NCBI GenBank assembly: GCA_039796775.1
Contig: JBDKJD010000004.1
Span: forward strand, 6,103-70,102
Source: Candidatus Parcubacteria bacterium
GTDB taxonomy: Bacteria; Patescibacteriota; Minisyncoccia; Phycocordibacterales; UBA5272
Length of the DNA stretch: 64,000 nucleotides
Direction of reading: 5' to 3'
Shown: in pieces, positions 29,650-39,623 of the stretch
Layout: every line of letters begins with the position of its first letter
Numbering within the stretch: the stretch's first letter is position 1
Notes under the pieces: model-generated
Databases searched by the model: none
Seen by the model: the letters and a program-made list of their open reading frames with translations, nothing else
What the model was told of the DNA's origin: nothing
Program-made: the position numbers and the translations under genes

Positions 29650-30043
29650 GTTTTTTGATGAGCGGTTCCACATGAGATTTTGGATCATAACTTTTTCTCA
29701 CGATATCACGAGCCCAGATACGAAACTCTTTCCCCCATTCCCCGTTGACTCTAAAACCGATAGAAATCAACACGTCTGTACTATATACAAGTGTTGTTCT
29801 TGAGACTTTCTTTTTCCCTTCTAGTTGAGTAACTACTATTTCTCTTTCGTTCAAAGGCTTCACAAGTTCTTTGTCAGCAAAAATTTTCTTCAAATGATCA
29901 TTAATGGTTGGAACACTTTTGCCATAAATGCGAGCTATTCTCTTTTGAGTGCTCCACACTTCTTGATCTATCAAGAAGACCCCCTCCTTAACAAGATGAG
30001 GTTGTATATCAACATGTACTTGGGGTAATGAATTCTTATACAT
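29633..30043 (-). CDS. RhuM-family DNA-binding domain protein (short)
   Basis: VWSTQKRIARIYG..TINDHLKKIF..EL..ISIGFRVN..FRIWA. Confidence 0.75.
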   Translation of the reverse strand: MYKNSLPQVHVDIQPHLVKEGVFLIDQEVWSTQKRIARIYGKSVPTINDHLKKIFADKELVKPLNEREIVVTQLEGKKKVSRTTLVYSTDVLISIGFRVNGEWGKEFRIWARDIVRKSYDPKSHVEPLIKKPKVGN

Positions 30044-30054
30044 AGAGCGCAGGC

Positions 30055-30687
30055 TTATGCATGCATAGTATCACGCTCTTCAAAGCGTTGATAGTCTTTT
30101 TTGAATAACTTTTGAGCTATATGGAATATCGTATACGTGATAAAAAAAGCAGCGAATACATCGATCGTATAGTGAAGATGTGAGAGGAGAACGATAATAC
30201 CATTTGTTACCGCTGCAACAATAAAAATAATTCTCAAATAAAGATGATTCCAAAAGATAAGCGCAATCAAAAATGGTAATCCTGTATGGCCAGAAAAGAA
30301 AAGATCGTTCCCAGAGGTGATGAAGTCGAGTAACCTTGATTCCAAATCAAGCTTGGTCGGATAAGGGCCAATATGAGTCATAGAGACGAAGAACGCTCGT
30401 ATGATAATGAATAGCGATACCGCCTTGATGAGAAATGGTGCTACTTTTTTGAATCGTATAGCAAGCGCAACGACAAAAAGTGTCAGCATAATAGCTCCGT
30501 GCACAAAGAGAATCTCAAAATCATATACACGTGTATTACTCAGTATGATATCTTCAACATAATTACTCGCTTTCACTTCTGCGAATCTGCTCGCAATATG
30601 TGTCGCGTACACACTGATAAAGAAAAGTACTATCGCTTCTAACAGTGAGGTGTAATATTTATCTTGCACGTCTGGAGTACTTGCCAT
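30055..30687 (-). CDS. PAP2-superfamily membrane phosphotransferase
   Basis: DLFFSGHT and HLHYTIDV motifs. Confidence 0.85.
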   Translation of the reverse strand: MASTPDVQDKYYTSLLEAIVLFFISVYATHIASRFAEVKASNYVEDIILSNTRVYDFEILFVHGAIMLTLFVVALAIRFKKVAPFLIKAVSLFIIIRAFFVSMTHIGPYPTKLDLESRLLDFITSGNDLFFSGHTGLPFLIALIFWNHLYLRIIFIVAAVTNGIIVLLSHLHYTIDVFAAFFITYTIFHIAQKLFKKDYQRFEERDTMHA

Positions 30688-30692
30688 AAGAA

Positions 30693-31265
30693 CTATTGGA
30701 ATTCTAACTGATTCACAATATTTTCATATGCTTTCACAATAGGATCATTTGTTGTTATATAGGTAACAGAGAAGAGATATACCGTATCCCCTCGTGTGAA
30801 GGCAACACTATCCCCTTTATACAACCCATCCCATGTATATGAGAGAGCTTCTTTGTTGTTGAGGACTATTGGTCTTCCTGCTCCTTTTGAGAATATGTAC
30901 GGAGATGCTTTCCTCAAGAAAGTATCTGTATCTTCTGTCGAAGTTTTTTGATACACATGAAGCGTGATAGTAGGCGGAGCCTCTCCAGGAACTGTTGCGG
31001 TATTTGAGAAGAACGCTTTAGCGGAATCAGTATTCTCAAAAATCACAATATTTGGCTGTCCAGGTTGAGCGTTGCTCTCACTTTTCATCATTTCTCCATA
31101 TGCTGCTGGGTACAAAAAACTAACGCCTCCGACAACCGCTCTTTTGGCGGTGAGTGATGTCTCTCCCCCTTCGTTTATTTGTCTATTCTTAATAACAAAA
31201 ATGAGTGCAAAAATAAGCACAATCACTCCGCACAAAGCCAAAAAATTATGTTGATGCTTTTTCAT
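30693..31265 (-). CDS. membrane-anchored hypothetical protein
   Basis: N-terminal TM, PsbP-like composition. Confidence 0.6.
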   Translation of the reverse strand: MKKHQHNFLALCGVIVLIFALIFVIKNRQINEGGETSLTAKRAVVGGVSFLYPAAYGEMMKSESNAQPGQPNIVIFENTDSAKAFFSNTATVPGEAPPTITLHVYQKTSTEDTDTFLRKASPYIFSKGAGRPIVLNNKEALSYTWDGLYKGDSVAFTRGDTVYLFSVTYITTNDPIVKAYENIVNQLEFQ

Positions 31266-31290
31266 AACAAAAGTATAACAAAATTTATTC

Positions 31291-32136
31291 TTAATCTATT
31301 TTAAAATATGTGGACGAGATATTTTTTAATGCGATGACGTTGTAATATCTCGCTTTAGCGATACGAGAAGCATCTATTCTTGATACTACAAAATCTTTAT
31401 CATAGACATAGCTTATGAATCCTTTTGATTCCAAAAAAGTAATCACATCTTGTGGATGATATCCAAATCTTTCATATGCATGCTTTTCTATTTCATAGTA
31501 CACGGCTTTTACTCTCTCTAACACATCACAAGCTCCGATGAGTGCCGGAAGCTCGCTCCCTTCTATGTCTAACTTAAGAAGATCAATTTTCTCTACATCA
31601 TAGAGCAATGACGCGAGAGTATTTCCAGTTACTTCAAGCGGACCGTTCTCTTCGACTGAATTCATATCATTCACATAATAATCTGAGAATCTCACTGATT
31701 GGTTGGTATCTGTTACTGCAACATGTAAGGCTGTGACATTCTTACATTCATTATCGTGTATATTTTTCTTTAAGAAACTAAATGTTCTAGGATGAGCTTC
31801 ATATGCATACACATGACCTCTATCCCCGACTATTTTTGATGCGGTGATAGTGAGTGTGCCCAAATGAGCACCACAATCAACAACCACATCCCCCTCTTTC
31901 AAAAATTTCTCAAAAAATAACTCTTCATCTTTTTCTCTTTCTTTGTGAGTCCATAACCAAAAAGCATACGGCGAATAAAACACTCTCATCGTATACCACT
32001 TTCTAGTGAACTTGAAAAAGTGGGAGAGTCTCGCTCTATAGAGTGCATACTGTAATAAGGGAACTATATTCCCTTTCTTTAGCGCTTTATACACGAAGAG
32101 CTTCTCTCGTAATGTTTTGAAGTATCTCCACTTCAT
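31291..32136 (-). CDS. FkbM-family methyltransferase
   Basis: VDCGAHLG, YEAHP, LKLDIEGSE. Confidence 0.9.
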   Translation of the reverse strand: MKWRYFKTLREKLFVYKALKKGNIVPLLQYALYRARLSHFFKFTRKWYTMRVFYSPYAFWLWTHKEREKDEELFFEKFLKEGDVVVDCGAHLGTLTITASKIVGDRGHVYAYEAHPRTFSFLKKNIHDNECKNVTALHVAVTDTNQSVRFSDYYVNDMNSVEENGPLEVTGNTLASLLYDVEKIDLLKLDIEGSELPALIGACDVLERVKAVYYEIEKHAYERFGYHPQDVITFLESKGFISYVYDKDFVVSRIDASRIAKARYYNVIALKNISSTYFKID

Positions 32137-32140
32137 AGCG

Positions 32141-33199
32141 TTAGAGAATTAACATTGAGTCTCCGAATGAATAGAACTTGAACTTCTCTTTTATGGCTAT
32201 CTTGTAAAGATCTATTAAATGTTTATCGGACCCCTTATGCGCAAGGAACGCTTCGACGAGCATCATGAGCGATGACTGCGGCAAATGAAAGTTGGTGATA
32301 AGATGATCTACCATCTCGAAGCGATACGGAGGATGGATAAAAATAGTTGTCACATCTTCTGCCTTCTCGCCTATTGTGTGATCTCTTATATACGACTCAA
32401 GGGTGCGCACCGATGTTGTACCAACTGCGATGATGGGTGTTTTGTTTTCTTTTGCTTTAAGTAAGCGCTTTGCTGTGTCTTCGCTTACCACATACCGCTC
32501 CAAGTGAAGTGCATTATTCTTGAAGTTATCGTCCGTGAGCGGCTTAAAGGTGCCTAAACCAACGTGAAGCGTCACACCCGCTTTCTCTATATTCTTTTCT
32601 TTGAGACTAGCGAATACTTCTTCGGTGAAGTGAAGGGACGCAGTGGGAGCTGCTATCGAGTATGCCTCCTTCCCAAATATCGTCTGATACCTGGCACGCA
32701 CCTTCTCCTCTGTCATCTCTACCCCTTGTATATAGTGCGGGAGTGGTGTCTCACCATAAGTATCAAGAAACTGACGAAAAGTAGCTATACCAAAAAGAGG
32801 CTTAAGAACAAAGACATTCTCGTCCTGTTTCTCAATATGAAATGTATATGCTCCATCATGAGATACTAATTGTTGCCCTACCTCAATTTTTCTGTCGACA
32901 ATCGCTGGGATAATCTCTTCCCCTTCTCGCCACAAGTTCATGAGGAAGAGCACTTCGACCTTTCCTCCTGTTTCTTTATGGAGATACACTCGCGCCGGCA
33001 CCACCCTAGTCTCATTAAGCACAAGGAGTGATTTTTCAGGGAGATACTTTGTGATATTTTTGAAATGATCAAAATGTATAGCACCTGTCTTCGTATCAAA
33101 TACAAAAAGCCTCGACTCATCACGCTTGTCGCTTGGGGCGTTACCTATAAGCTCTTCACTTAGTTCAAATGAATAAAGAGGGTCGTTGAGAGAAGTCAT
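32141..33199 (-). CDS. queA: SAM:tRNA ribosyltransferase-isomerase
   Basis: NETRVVPAR, AAPTASLHF, LHVGLGTF, TNFHLPQSSL, FYSFGDSML. Confidence 0.96.
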   Translation of the reverse strand: MTSLNDPLYSFELSEELIGNAPSDKRDESRLFVFDTKTGAIHFDHFKNITKYLPEKSLLVLNETRVVPARVYLHKETGGKVEVLFLMNLWREGEEIIPAIVDRKIEVGQQLVSHDGAYTFHIEKQDENVFVLKPLFGIATFRQFLDTYGETPLPHYIQGVEMTEEKVRARYQTIFGKEAYSIAAPTASLHFTEEVFASLKEKNIEKAGVTLHVGLGTFKPLTDDNFKNNALHLERYVVSEDTAKRLLKAKENKTPIIAVGTTSVRTLESYIRDHTIGEKAEDVTTIFIHPPYRFEMVDHLITNFHLPQSSLMMLVEAFLAHKGSDKHLIDLYKIAIKEKFKFYSFGDSMLIL

Positions 33200-33223
33200 G
33201 GGGAAATACTACCACAAAGAGCG

Positions 33224-33547
33224 TCACTTGCGTAAAGAAACTACACGGAGTAACTCTTGTAGATAGACAGTCTCTGTATGAGAATTAGCGTATGAAAAGA
33301 CACCTAAATAGGAATGTATCTTTGCAACCAAATTATCTCTTAAGGTGGCGTTCTTGTTATATGAATATACTCCCTCTCGTAACTTACGCGAAATACGTCT
33401 CTTAGTCTTCGTGCGCACAACACGTGCATGCGGTAATATTACATATCCTAAAAAATCTATCCCCTGTTTTACTTTTCTTATTCGCCCCACTGCGTAACTA
33501 CGCAGTGGGGCGAATAAAGTACAGCAACTACGTTGCTGTACTTTCAT
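33224..33547 (-). pseudogene. DGR reverse transcriptase remnant (probable start fused in frame to thumb region; catalytic core missing)
   Basis: QGIDFLGYVILPHARVVRTKTKRRI..SYLGVFSYANS; no YxDD motif; only 107 aa. Confidence 0.8.
33478..33544. repeat. two abutting perfect hairpins at the RT deletion junction
   Basis: ttattcgccccactgcgta-ac-tacgcagtggggcgaataa and aaagtacagcaac-tac-gttgctgtacttt. Confidence 0.85.
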
Positions 33548-33674
33548 GCTAAAACTTCTCGGCGAACACCATAGCGCGGAAACGAACCAGAAACCTTGTT
33601 CCAGTTCACGCTCACTTGACCATCGTGATCCAGGTTCACATACGGAACGTTGCTATCGACATCACACGAACCAC
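33547..33674 (-). repeat. DGR template repeat (TR)
   Basis: Ungapped 128-bp match to 33923-34050; AAC-rich (SNVPYVNLDHDGQVSVNWNK). Confidence 0.88.
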
Positions 33675-33874
33675 TATTTTGTATATATGCATCCATTACA
33701 CCGATTGTATATTGCTATACGTTCTGAGTTTATTCTTGTTGATGCAAGCATTGTGCTGTATCTTGATATACATACATATATACAAGCAGTTTTATATAAT
33801 CAGCAAACTACCATTCTCTCACTTTTGTGAGTAAACTGGCTTAACAGCTGATAGTCAAAAGTATAGTATAAAAA

Positions 33875-33900
33875 TAGGCGATGTTATACAACATCGCCTA
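33875..33900. other. hairpin downstream of VR (DGR target-recognition cruciform)
   Basis: taggcgatgtt-atac-aacatcgccta about 20 nt past the target stop. Confidence 0.7.
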
Positions 33901-33919
33901 AGTGAAAAAGAAAAAAGTA

Positions 33920-34644
33920 TTAAGCAGAAACTGCTCGGCGAACACCATAGCGTGGAAACGAACCATAAACCTCGCGCCAACCCACGCCCACTTGACCATC
34001 GTGATTCAAGCGCACGAACGGAACGCCGCCGTCAGCATAGCGCGAACCACCACAGAAGGTGCCGCCAATGACGTCGAGATGTTTACCTGTTTCGTCAAAG
34101 TATTTGTCTTCAAGCAACAGGCGCTCGGGGAGCGTCATTCCGATTTTCATATAAGGATCAGCAACTCGCACAGCTTGTCCCAAAAATTCAGAATCTGGTT
34201 CAATTCCACCAAGAACCCAAATGGCATAATGCCCATGTGCACTCGTGCGGACATTCACTGTAACAATAGTGTCGAGACTTTCTTCACCGGAATACTTCCA
34301 CTTTGGAAAAGGCCACGCCGCGTAGACCTTTTCACAAGTCAAACCTTTGGCGATGATGAGAAGTCTGTGCGCAACGCTTGGGCAAGGCGGAATGCGAACC
34401 TGCGAGAAGTCCACATCCCAGTTATGGCGCTTTTTGTAAAACGCTTGCCAGTCGAGACGCATGGGAGTAAATTCGTCAAGCACATTTTGAATGCCTCTCG
34501 CAAATTTTTCTTCATTTCATTTTTGTGCGCTTGCCAGTACTTGAGCTGTTCAATGTTCAAAATCTCAGCAAGAAACATTGCGATGAAAGAAGCCAAGTCA
34601 ATAATGACTTTAGCCAAATAGCGTGAGTTCGTGTCATTGTTCAT
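33920..34644 (-). pseudogene. DGR target protein (C-terminal variable region, probably CLec fold), frameshifted near 34485
   Basis: SD-led N-part MNNDT..REAFK in one frame; 187-aa C-part ending ..RYGVRRAVSA containing VR in another. Confidence 0.75.
33923..34050 (-). repeat. DGR variable repeat (VR)
   Basis: Last 128 nt before target stop; 15 of 26 TR adenines differ versus 13 of 102 other positions (manual count). Confidence 0.88.
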
Positions 34645-34812
34645 GACATATTCTCCTTATGCTTACAGTTCGAACCGAAAGGTTCAATTAAACCAAAGCA
34701 GAAAACCTTAAAAATTTGATTTAAAAGCTTTCTGCTTTGGTTTAATTGTGGATTATAGTATGTAAAGAACAGGTATATATTATAACACATAATATTACTA
34801 TGTGTCAAATTC

Positions 34813-36492
34813 TTATTGCCTATTTTTCTTGAGCGCGGCTTTAATAAACGCAGTAAAGAGCGGATGTGGGGCAAGCGGTCGCGCTAGTAACTCAGGATGG
34901 AATTGTGTTCCGACAAAGAACGGGTGCACAGTCTTTGGTAACTCTGCAATTTCCATCAAATGCCCACTTGGTGAGATACCGGAAAATACTAGGCCCTTTT
35001 TTTCTAATATCTCTACATACTCACTATTCACTTCATAGCGATGACGATGGCGTTCTTTGATTATATATTTGCCTCCTTTTTCGTTACCTACTTTGGCATT
35101 CTTGTATGCGTCATAACTTATTGTGCCTTTCTTGAGCACGCAGTCATACACTCCTAGCCTCATAGAGCCTCCGAAGTTCCCTTCTCGTATCTTTTGCTTC
35201 TGATCTTCCATAGTTGCGATAATTGGGTAGGTGGTACTTGGATTCACTTCGACTGTGTGCGCGTCTTTTAATGAAGCTACAGAGCGAGCATATTCAATGA
35301 CGAGCAATTGCATCCCATAACAAAGACCAAAGTACGGTATCTTATTCTCACGCGCAAACTGTATAACATTAATCTTGCCCTCAATACCAGTTGACCCGAA
35401 TCCGCCTGGAACCAAAATACCGTCCACATCTCTAAGAAGCTTCTTGCACGCATCACGCCCACGCTTACCTTCAAACTGCTTAGCGTTAAGCCATATAAGA
35501 CGCGGCTTAACATTAAGAGAAAATGATGAGAACTTCACAGCCTCTATCACAGATACATACGCATCAGATAATACGAAATCTCCAGTATTAAAATACTTAC
35601 CGACAACAGCAATCACTACTTCTTTTTTAACAGTGTGAACCTTCTTAGCAAAAGTGCTCCATTCTTTGAGATTAGTTTTCTTGGGAGTAAGTGAAAGCGT
35701 AGCTTCAAGAAGGGTCCCTAATCTATCCTTTTCAAAATTAAGCGGTACATCATAAATGCTCTTAATATCAGGCGCAGATATTATATGCTCGACAGGAATA
35801 TTACATGAAATGGAAAGCTTCTCTTTACGCCTTGTATCAAGCGGAGTCTCCGCACGTGCGATGATAAAGTCAGCGTGAAGACCGTATGAATTGAGCTGAT
35901 GCACAGCATGCTGAGTAGGACGGGTCTTCATCTCCCCGACCGTTCCTGGAATCGGGAGATACGAAACCATAATCACCACCACGTCATCCTTGTGTCTAAT
36001 CTTAAGCACGCGCGCAGCCTCGATGAACATAATATTCTGATAGTCTCCAACTGTTCCACCTATTTCAATAATAGAAATATCTGACTTGCTGGTACGGGCC
36101 GATTCTTGTATGCGGTCTATGATTTCGTCACGCACATGAGGGACTGCTTCAACGCACTTGCCACCGTACTTGAGCGCTCGCTCTTTTTCTATCACAGAAG
36201 AATACACCATTCCGGAAGTCATATAATCAGCATGATGGGCATCTTTGTTTAAAAATCTCTCATAATTCCCCATATCTTGATCAGTCTCCAGACCTGAATC
36301 AAGCACAAACACTTCTCCGTGTTCAGTCGGATTCATGGTACCTGCGTCCACATTAAGATATGGATCTGCTTTTATGATATTGACCTTATATCCCTTAGCC
36401 TGAAAAATGGTCCCAATAGAAGAGGTGGTGATTCCTTTACCAACACCTGACATGACTCCACCTATAACGAAGATATACTTGTGGCGCTTCAT
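34813..36492 (-). CDS. pyrG: CTP synthase
   Basis: GGVMSGVGKG, DPYLNVDAGTMNPTEHGEV, GLCYGMQ, ERHRHRYE, QFHPE. Confidence 0.98.
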   Translation of the reverse strand: MKRHKYIFVIGGVMSGVGKGITTSSIGTIFQAKGYKVNIIKADPYLNVDAGTMNPTEHGEVFVLDSGLETDQDMGNYERFLNKDAHHADYMTSGMVYSSVIEKERALKYGGKCVEAVPHVRDEIIDRIQESARTSKSDISIIEIGGTVGDYQNIMFIEAARVLKIRHKDDVVVIMVSYLPIPGTVGEMKTRPTQHAVHQLNSYGLHADFIIARAETPLDTRRKEKLSISCNIPVEHIISAPDIKSIYDVPLNFEKDRLGTLLEATLSLTPKKTNLKEWSTFAKKVHTVKKEVVIAVVGKYFNTGDFVLSDAYVSVIEAVKFSSFSLNVKPRLIWLNAKQFEGKRGRDACKKLLRDVDGILVPGGFGSTGIEGKINVIQFARENKIPYFGLCYGMQLLVIEYARSVASLKDAHTVEVNPSTTYPIIATMEDQKQKIREGNFGGSMRLGVYDCVLKKGTISYDAYKNAKVGNEKGGKYIIKERHRHRYEVNSEYVEILEKKGLVFSGISPSGHLMEIAELPKTVHPFFVGTQFHPELLARPLAPHPLFTAFIKAALKKNRQ

Positions 36493-36567
36493 TATTTATT
36501 TTTAAAGAATAGCATATATTTCAAATTAAAAATACCTTTCCAGTAACAATATTAGCTAAAAATATAA

Positions 36568-37401
36568 TCACCGTGTTAGTTTTTTAAAAAGAATTCTTAA
36601 AAACTGAACAAGTGTTACATTATTTTCTTTCACACCATCAAAAAGCTTCTTTTCGTCATCTGTCATATCTTCAAAGACTTCACTAAAATCCCCTCTTACA
36701 TAATGACCAACAAGTGCCTGTAAGACAATATCTTCTGGCACACCAAACTCTTTTGAAAAACCATGAACCGCTTCTCTTGTTGCTGTTTTTTCAAAAAAAT
36801 ATGTTTGATGATTCTTAAAGTCTTTATCAAAATTGCTATACATTTTCCTATCACCACCTCTTTTTATATATTCTACCAAAACATGATCTGCTACAAACTC
36901 TGTAACGGCTTCATTTAAAGCAACGAATGTTCTGGTGTCATCAAGAAAATGTTCTTTTGCGTTAAGTTTTCTACACCCCTCTAAACCCTTACCTCCTCTT
37001 CCAGAAAAAGAGTGGACTAGTTCATGTAAAATTATTTTTAAAATACCCAACTCTGATGTTTGGTCTGACAGAAGCTCAGAACTAACGCCGATAGAACCAC
37101 TATCATAATATGCCAAACCACCAGAGTGATTCATACGTTTAGAATAATTAACAAATATATCTTCGCCAATAATTCTACGTATTCTTTCTTTTATTTTTAA
37201 AAATTGAGCATAGGGGTCTGCATCGTCACCTACTATAGACTTGAGATGAATCTCTCTAAAAATATCTATTAGTAAATCAATATTTAACTTTTCTAAAATA
37301 TTTTTTAACTCAGCAGTTTTCTTTTCAACGTAGTCCATCTCTTCCTCGCTTTTGATCGGAACATTGACATCAAATTGTGGCTCATGTTTTCTTCCAAACA
37401 T
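36568..37401 (-). CDS. zincin-like HExxH protein
   Basis: ILHELVHS ... LNEAVTE. Confidence 0.7.
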   Translation of the reverse strand: MFGRKHEPQFDVNVPIKSEEEMDYVEKKTAELKNILEKLNIDLLIDIFREIHLKSIVGDDADPYAQFLKIKERIRRIIGEDIFVNYSKRMNHSGGLAYYDSGSIGVSSELLSDQTSELGILKIILHELVHSFSGRGGKGLEGCRKLNAKEHFLDDTRTFVALNEAVTEFVADHVLVEYIKRGGDRKMYSNFDKDFKNHQTYFFEKTATREAVHGFSKEFGVPEDIVLQALVGHYVRGDFSEVFEDMTDDEKKLFDGVKENNVTLVQFLRILFKKLTR

Positions 37402-37404
37402 AAC

Positions 37405-38481
37405 CTAACCTCTTAAGAGCTTAATCTTTACCAGTGCAACGACATACATACTCTCAGCCCACCCAAGTGGAATATTTTCATTAGGATTCTCTGTATGAGA
37501 GTACCAGAGCTCTGGGATAAGGCCTTCTTTGTTAATTGTTTTACCTGCTCGCTCTAAATACCCTTCTGCTTTTACTCTATCTCCTAATTCTGCATAAATG
37601 ATAGCGAGCCACGCAAGACCCATAGACCACTCAGCCTCTTCAGAGTAGCCGTCTACCTCGTTCTTGTTATAGTATCTGTCGTTTCTGTAACGAATAACCC
37701 CCATATCACGAGTAAGAAAATATTCTACATTCGATAGAATTTTTTCTCTCTCTTCTTTAGTGACAACATCGAATGGGAATATAAGCGATAAAAGCGCTAA
37801 GTCACAAAAACGAGTAGCTGTCTCGCGCGGCAAAAGCGCACGAAGGGCTCGCTCCCCTTTTTCTATCATCTCGCTTGGGATGACGATATACGGCAAGTCT
37901 TTTGCAGTCTTAAGAGCACGCACACACGCTCCAATGGATGATGCGCGCACCTCTTGGTTCTCTTCCCAGATACCAGAGTCAGCGTCTTGCCAATACTCGA
38001 TGTTGTTAAGATAATCCACAAGAAGCTGCACAAGGGCACGGTCTTCGTCTGTCTCTACAACCGAATGTCCAGACACTTCGCAATCAGCAATAAGATACAA
38101 GGTCTCGGCGACTGCGTCATTTTGTTTATTCCCCCACTCTTCCCAATATTCATCAAATGTCTCTGGGTTATAGCGGGCGTGAATATATTGATATGTTGCA
38201 AACGGTCTATTCTCCACAGCCCAGCTAATCTTTTCTTTATGCTTCTGTAATATTTTGAGAAGCGCACGAGCAGCATCCTGTACCATATTCCACTCACCTG
38301 TCCACTTGAATCCAAGAGTCATGAAATAAATGTCCCTAAGCCATGCCTTGTTGTATCCAGTTGCGACGTCATGCGCTGATGCTGTGAAGAGCCCGGTCGG
38401 GGCACGCAACTTACGCACCTGATCTAGATGCCAAGTAATCGCTGATTCAAAATTAAAATGATCAAAAGAATGATTTGACAT
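37405..38481 (-). CDS. GH15/phosphorylase-kinase alpha-beta-like glycoside hydrolase
   Basis: YNKAWLRD, QNDAV, DSGIWEE, GVIRYRNDRYY, PLGWAESM. Confidence 0.85.
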   Translation of the reverse strand: MSNHSFDHFNFESAITWHLDQVRKLRAPTGLFTASAHDVATGYNKAWLRDIYFMTLGFKWTGEWNMVQDAARALLKILQKHKEKISWAVENRPFATYQYIHARYNPETFDEYWEEWGNKQNDAVAETLYLIADCEVSGHSVVETDEDRALVQLLVDYLNNIEYWQDADSGIWEENQEVRASSIGACVRALKTAKDLPYIVIPSEMIEKGERALRALLPRETATRFCDLALLSLIFPFDVVTKEEREKILSNVEYFLTRDMGVIRYRNDRYYNKNEVDGYSEEAEWSMGLAWLAIIYAELGDRVKAEGYLERAGKTINKEGLIPELWYSHTENPNENIPLGWAESMYVVALVKIKLLRG

Positions 38482-38493
38482 TGTTACAGTATA

Positions 38494-38871
38494 CTAGGCC
38501 ACCGATCGATTATCACCAACGCTATACCTTGTATCAAGAATGTCACCATTCGCAGCTTTGGTTGCCTTAACTCCAGAAACTTCAATACCCATTCGAAGAA
38601 GTTCGGTGTTTCTTTTAGCTAGTTCTAAACCTATTTCTTCTTGTTTTATTTCTAATTCAAAGTATTCAATAAGTTTTAAAGTTGCACTTTCTAAAATATA
38701 TCGCTCTCTGCTCATATCTTCTTTGGGCTTCTGTCTTATTTCAAGAAGAATAGCGTTGGCCTCATGAAGTTTTTCTCTTAGACCTCCTTTGACCTCTTCG
38801 ATACGGTCAAATACATCTTGGGGGTTGTGTAGTGCTTGTTCTGGGGAGGTTGTTTGATGTATAGATTCCAT
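38494..38871 (-). CDS. hypothetical coiled-coil protein
   Basis: 125-aa ORF with upstream TATACT. Confidence 0.55.
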   Translation of the reverse strand: MESIHQTTSPEQALHNPQDVFDRIEEVKGGLREKLHEANAILLEIRQKPKEDMSRERYILESATLKLIEYFELEIKQEEIGLELAKRNTELLRMGIEVSGVKATKAANGDILDTRYSVGDNRSVA

Positions 38872-38958
38872 ATGACTAAAGTATACACTATTCTAAAATA
38901 ACCTTTATTTGGAGGGTGTGTCATTTTATTTATACCTATAATGTATTACTATAGAGTT

Positions 38959-39438
38959 ATGAAAAAATTGTGGAATATGCCCGACATGCCCGTATGGAGT
39001 GTCTCAACATGTGATAAAAACGGTATGCCGAATATGAATATTTGTACGTACATGACCCCTGTTTCTATGCAGCCCAAGAAATATGTTATCGCTGTATATC
39101 ACAACACCAAGACATATGAGAATATCCAAAACGGAGATCGTATCTTGGTACAATTATTATCTGAAGAACAAGTATCTCTTGTGAGACGATTAGGTAAAAA
39201 ATCAACTCTCACCTATCCTCAAAAAATGAATTCGATTATCAAAATAGCTTGCAAAGATGAATCTTTTTCTTTTCTACCTCAAAGCGTTGGGTACTTTATT
39301 CTCAAAAAGGAATCTAATTTGATACCTGCAGGTGATCACGACATCGCAATTTGTAATGTAGAAAAAACAGTATATCTCAACCCTTTATCTAAAGTCCTTA
39401 CTCTTTCTTATTTACAAGAAAAACAAATTATTGCTTAA
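38959..39438 (+). CDS. flavin-reductase-like protein
   Basis: PVSMQPK, KTYENI, AGDHDIAIC. Confidence 0.8.
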   Translation: MKKLWNMPDMPVWSVSTCDKNGMPNMNICTYMTPVSMQPKKYVIAVYHNTKTYENIQNGDRILVQLLSEEQVSLVRRLGKKSTLTYPQKMNSIIKIACKDESFSFLPQSVGYFILKKESNLIPAGDHDIAICNVEKTVYLNPLSKVLTLSYLQEKQIIA

Positions 39439-39623
39439 GTTTAGTGGCACTAAATATAGTAACCAGCGCTGTATTCAGGAGTTGCAGGATACACCCCATA
39501 CCACGACAGAAAACAAGTGCCTTGCCTTAAAAAGAAGTTAGTGAAGTTAAAACTGAGTAAAAGTCTTGATATTACTTAAATAAACATGCAATTAAGTATT
39601 ATTCGCCAAATTGACTTTCTCTA

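Larger units (their letters stand above)
33224..34644 (-). mobile_element. degenerate diversity-generating retroelement (target-VR-hairpin-TR-RT remnant)
   Basis: TR/VR pair with adenine-biased mismatches, RT C-terminal fragment, hairpin after VR. Confidence 0.88.

Noticed and set aside
33546-34621. Plus-strand ORFs 33546-33830, 33616-33834 and 33902-34621
   Set aside because: Antisense shadows of TR and the DGR target; their mutual similarity just reflects TR/VR
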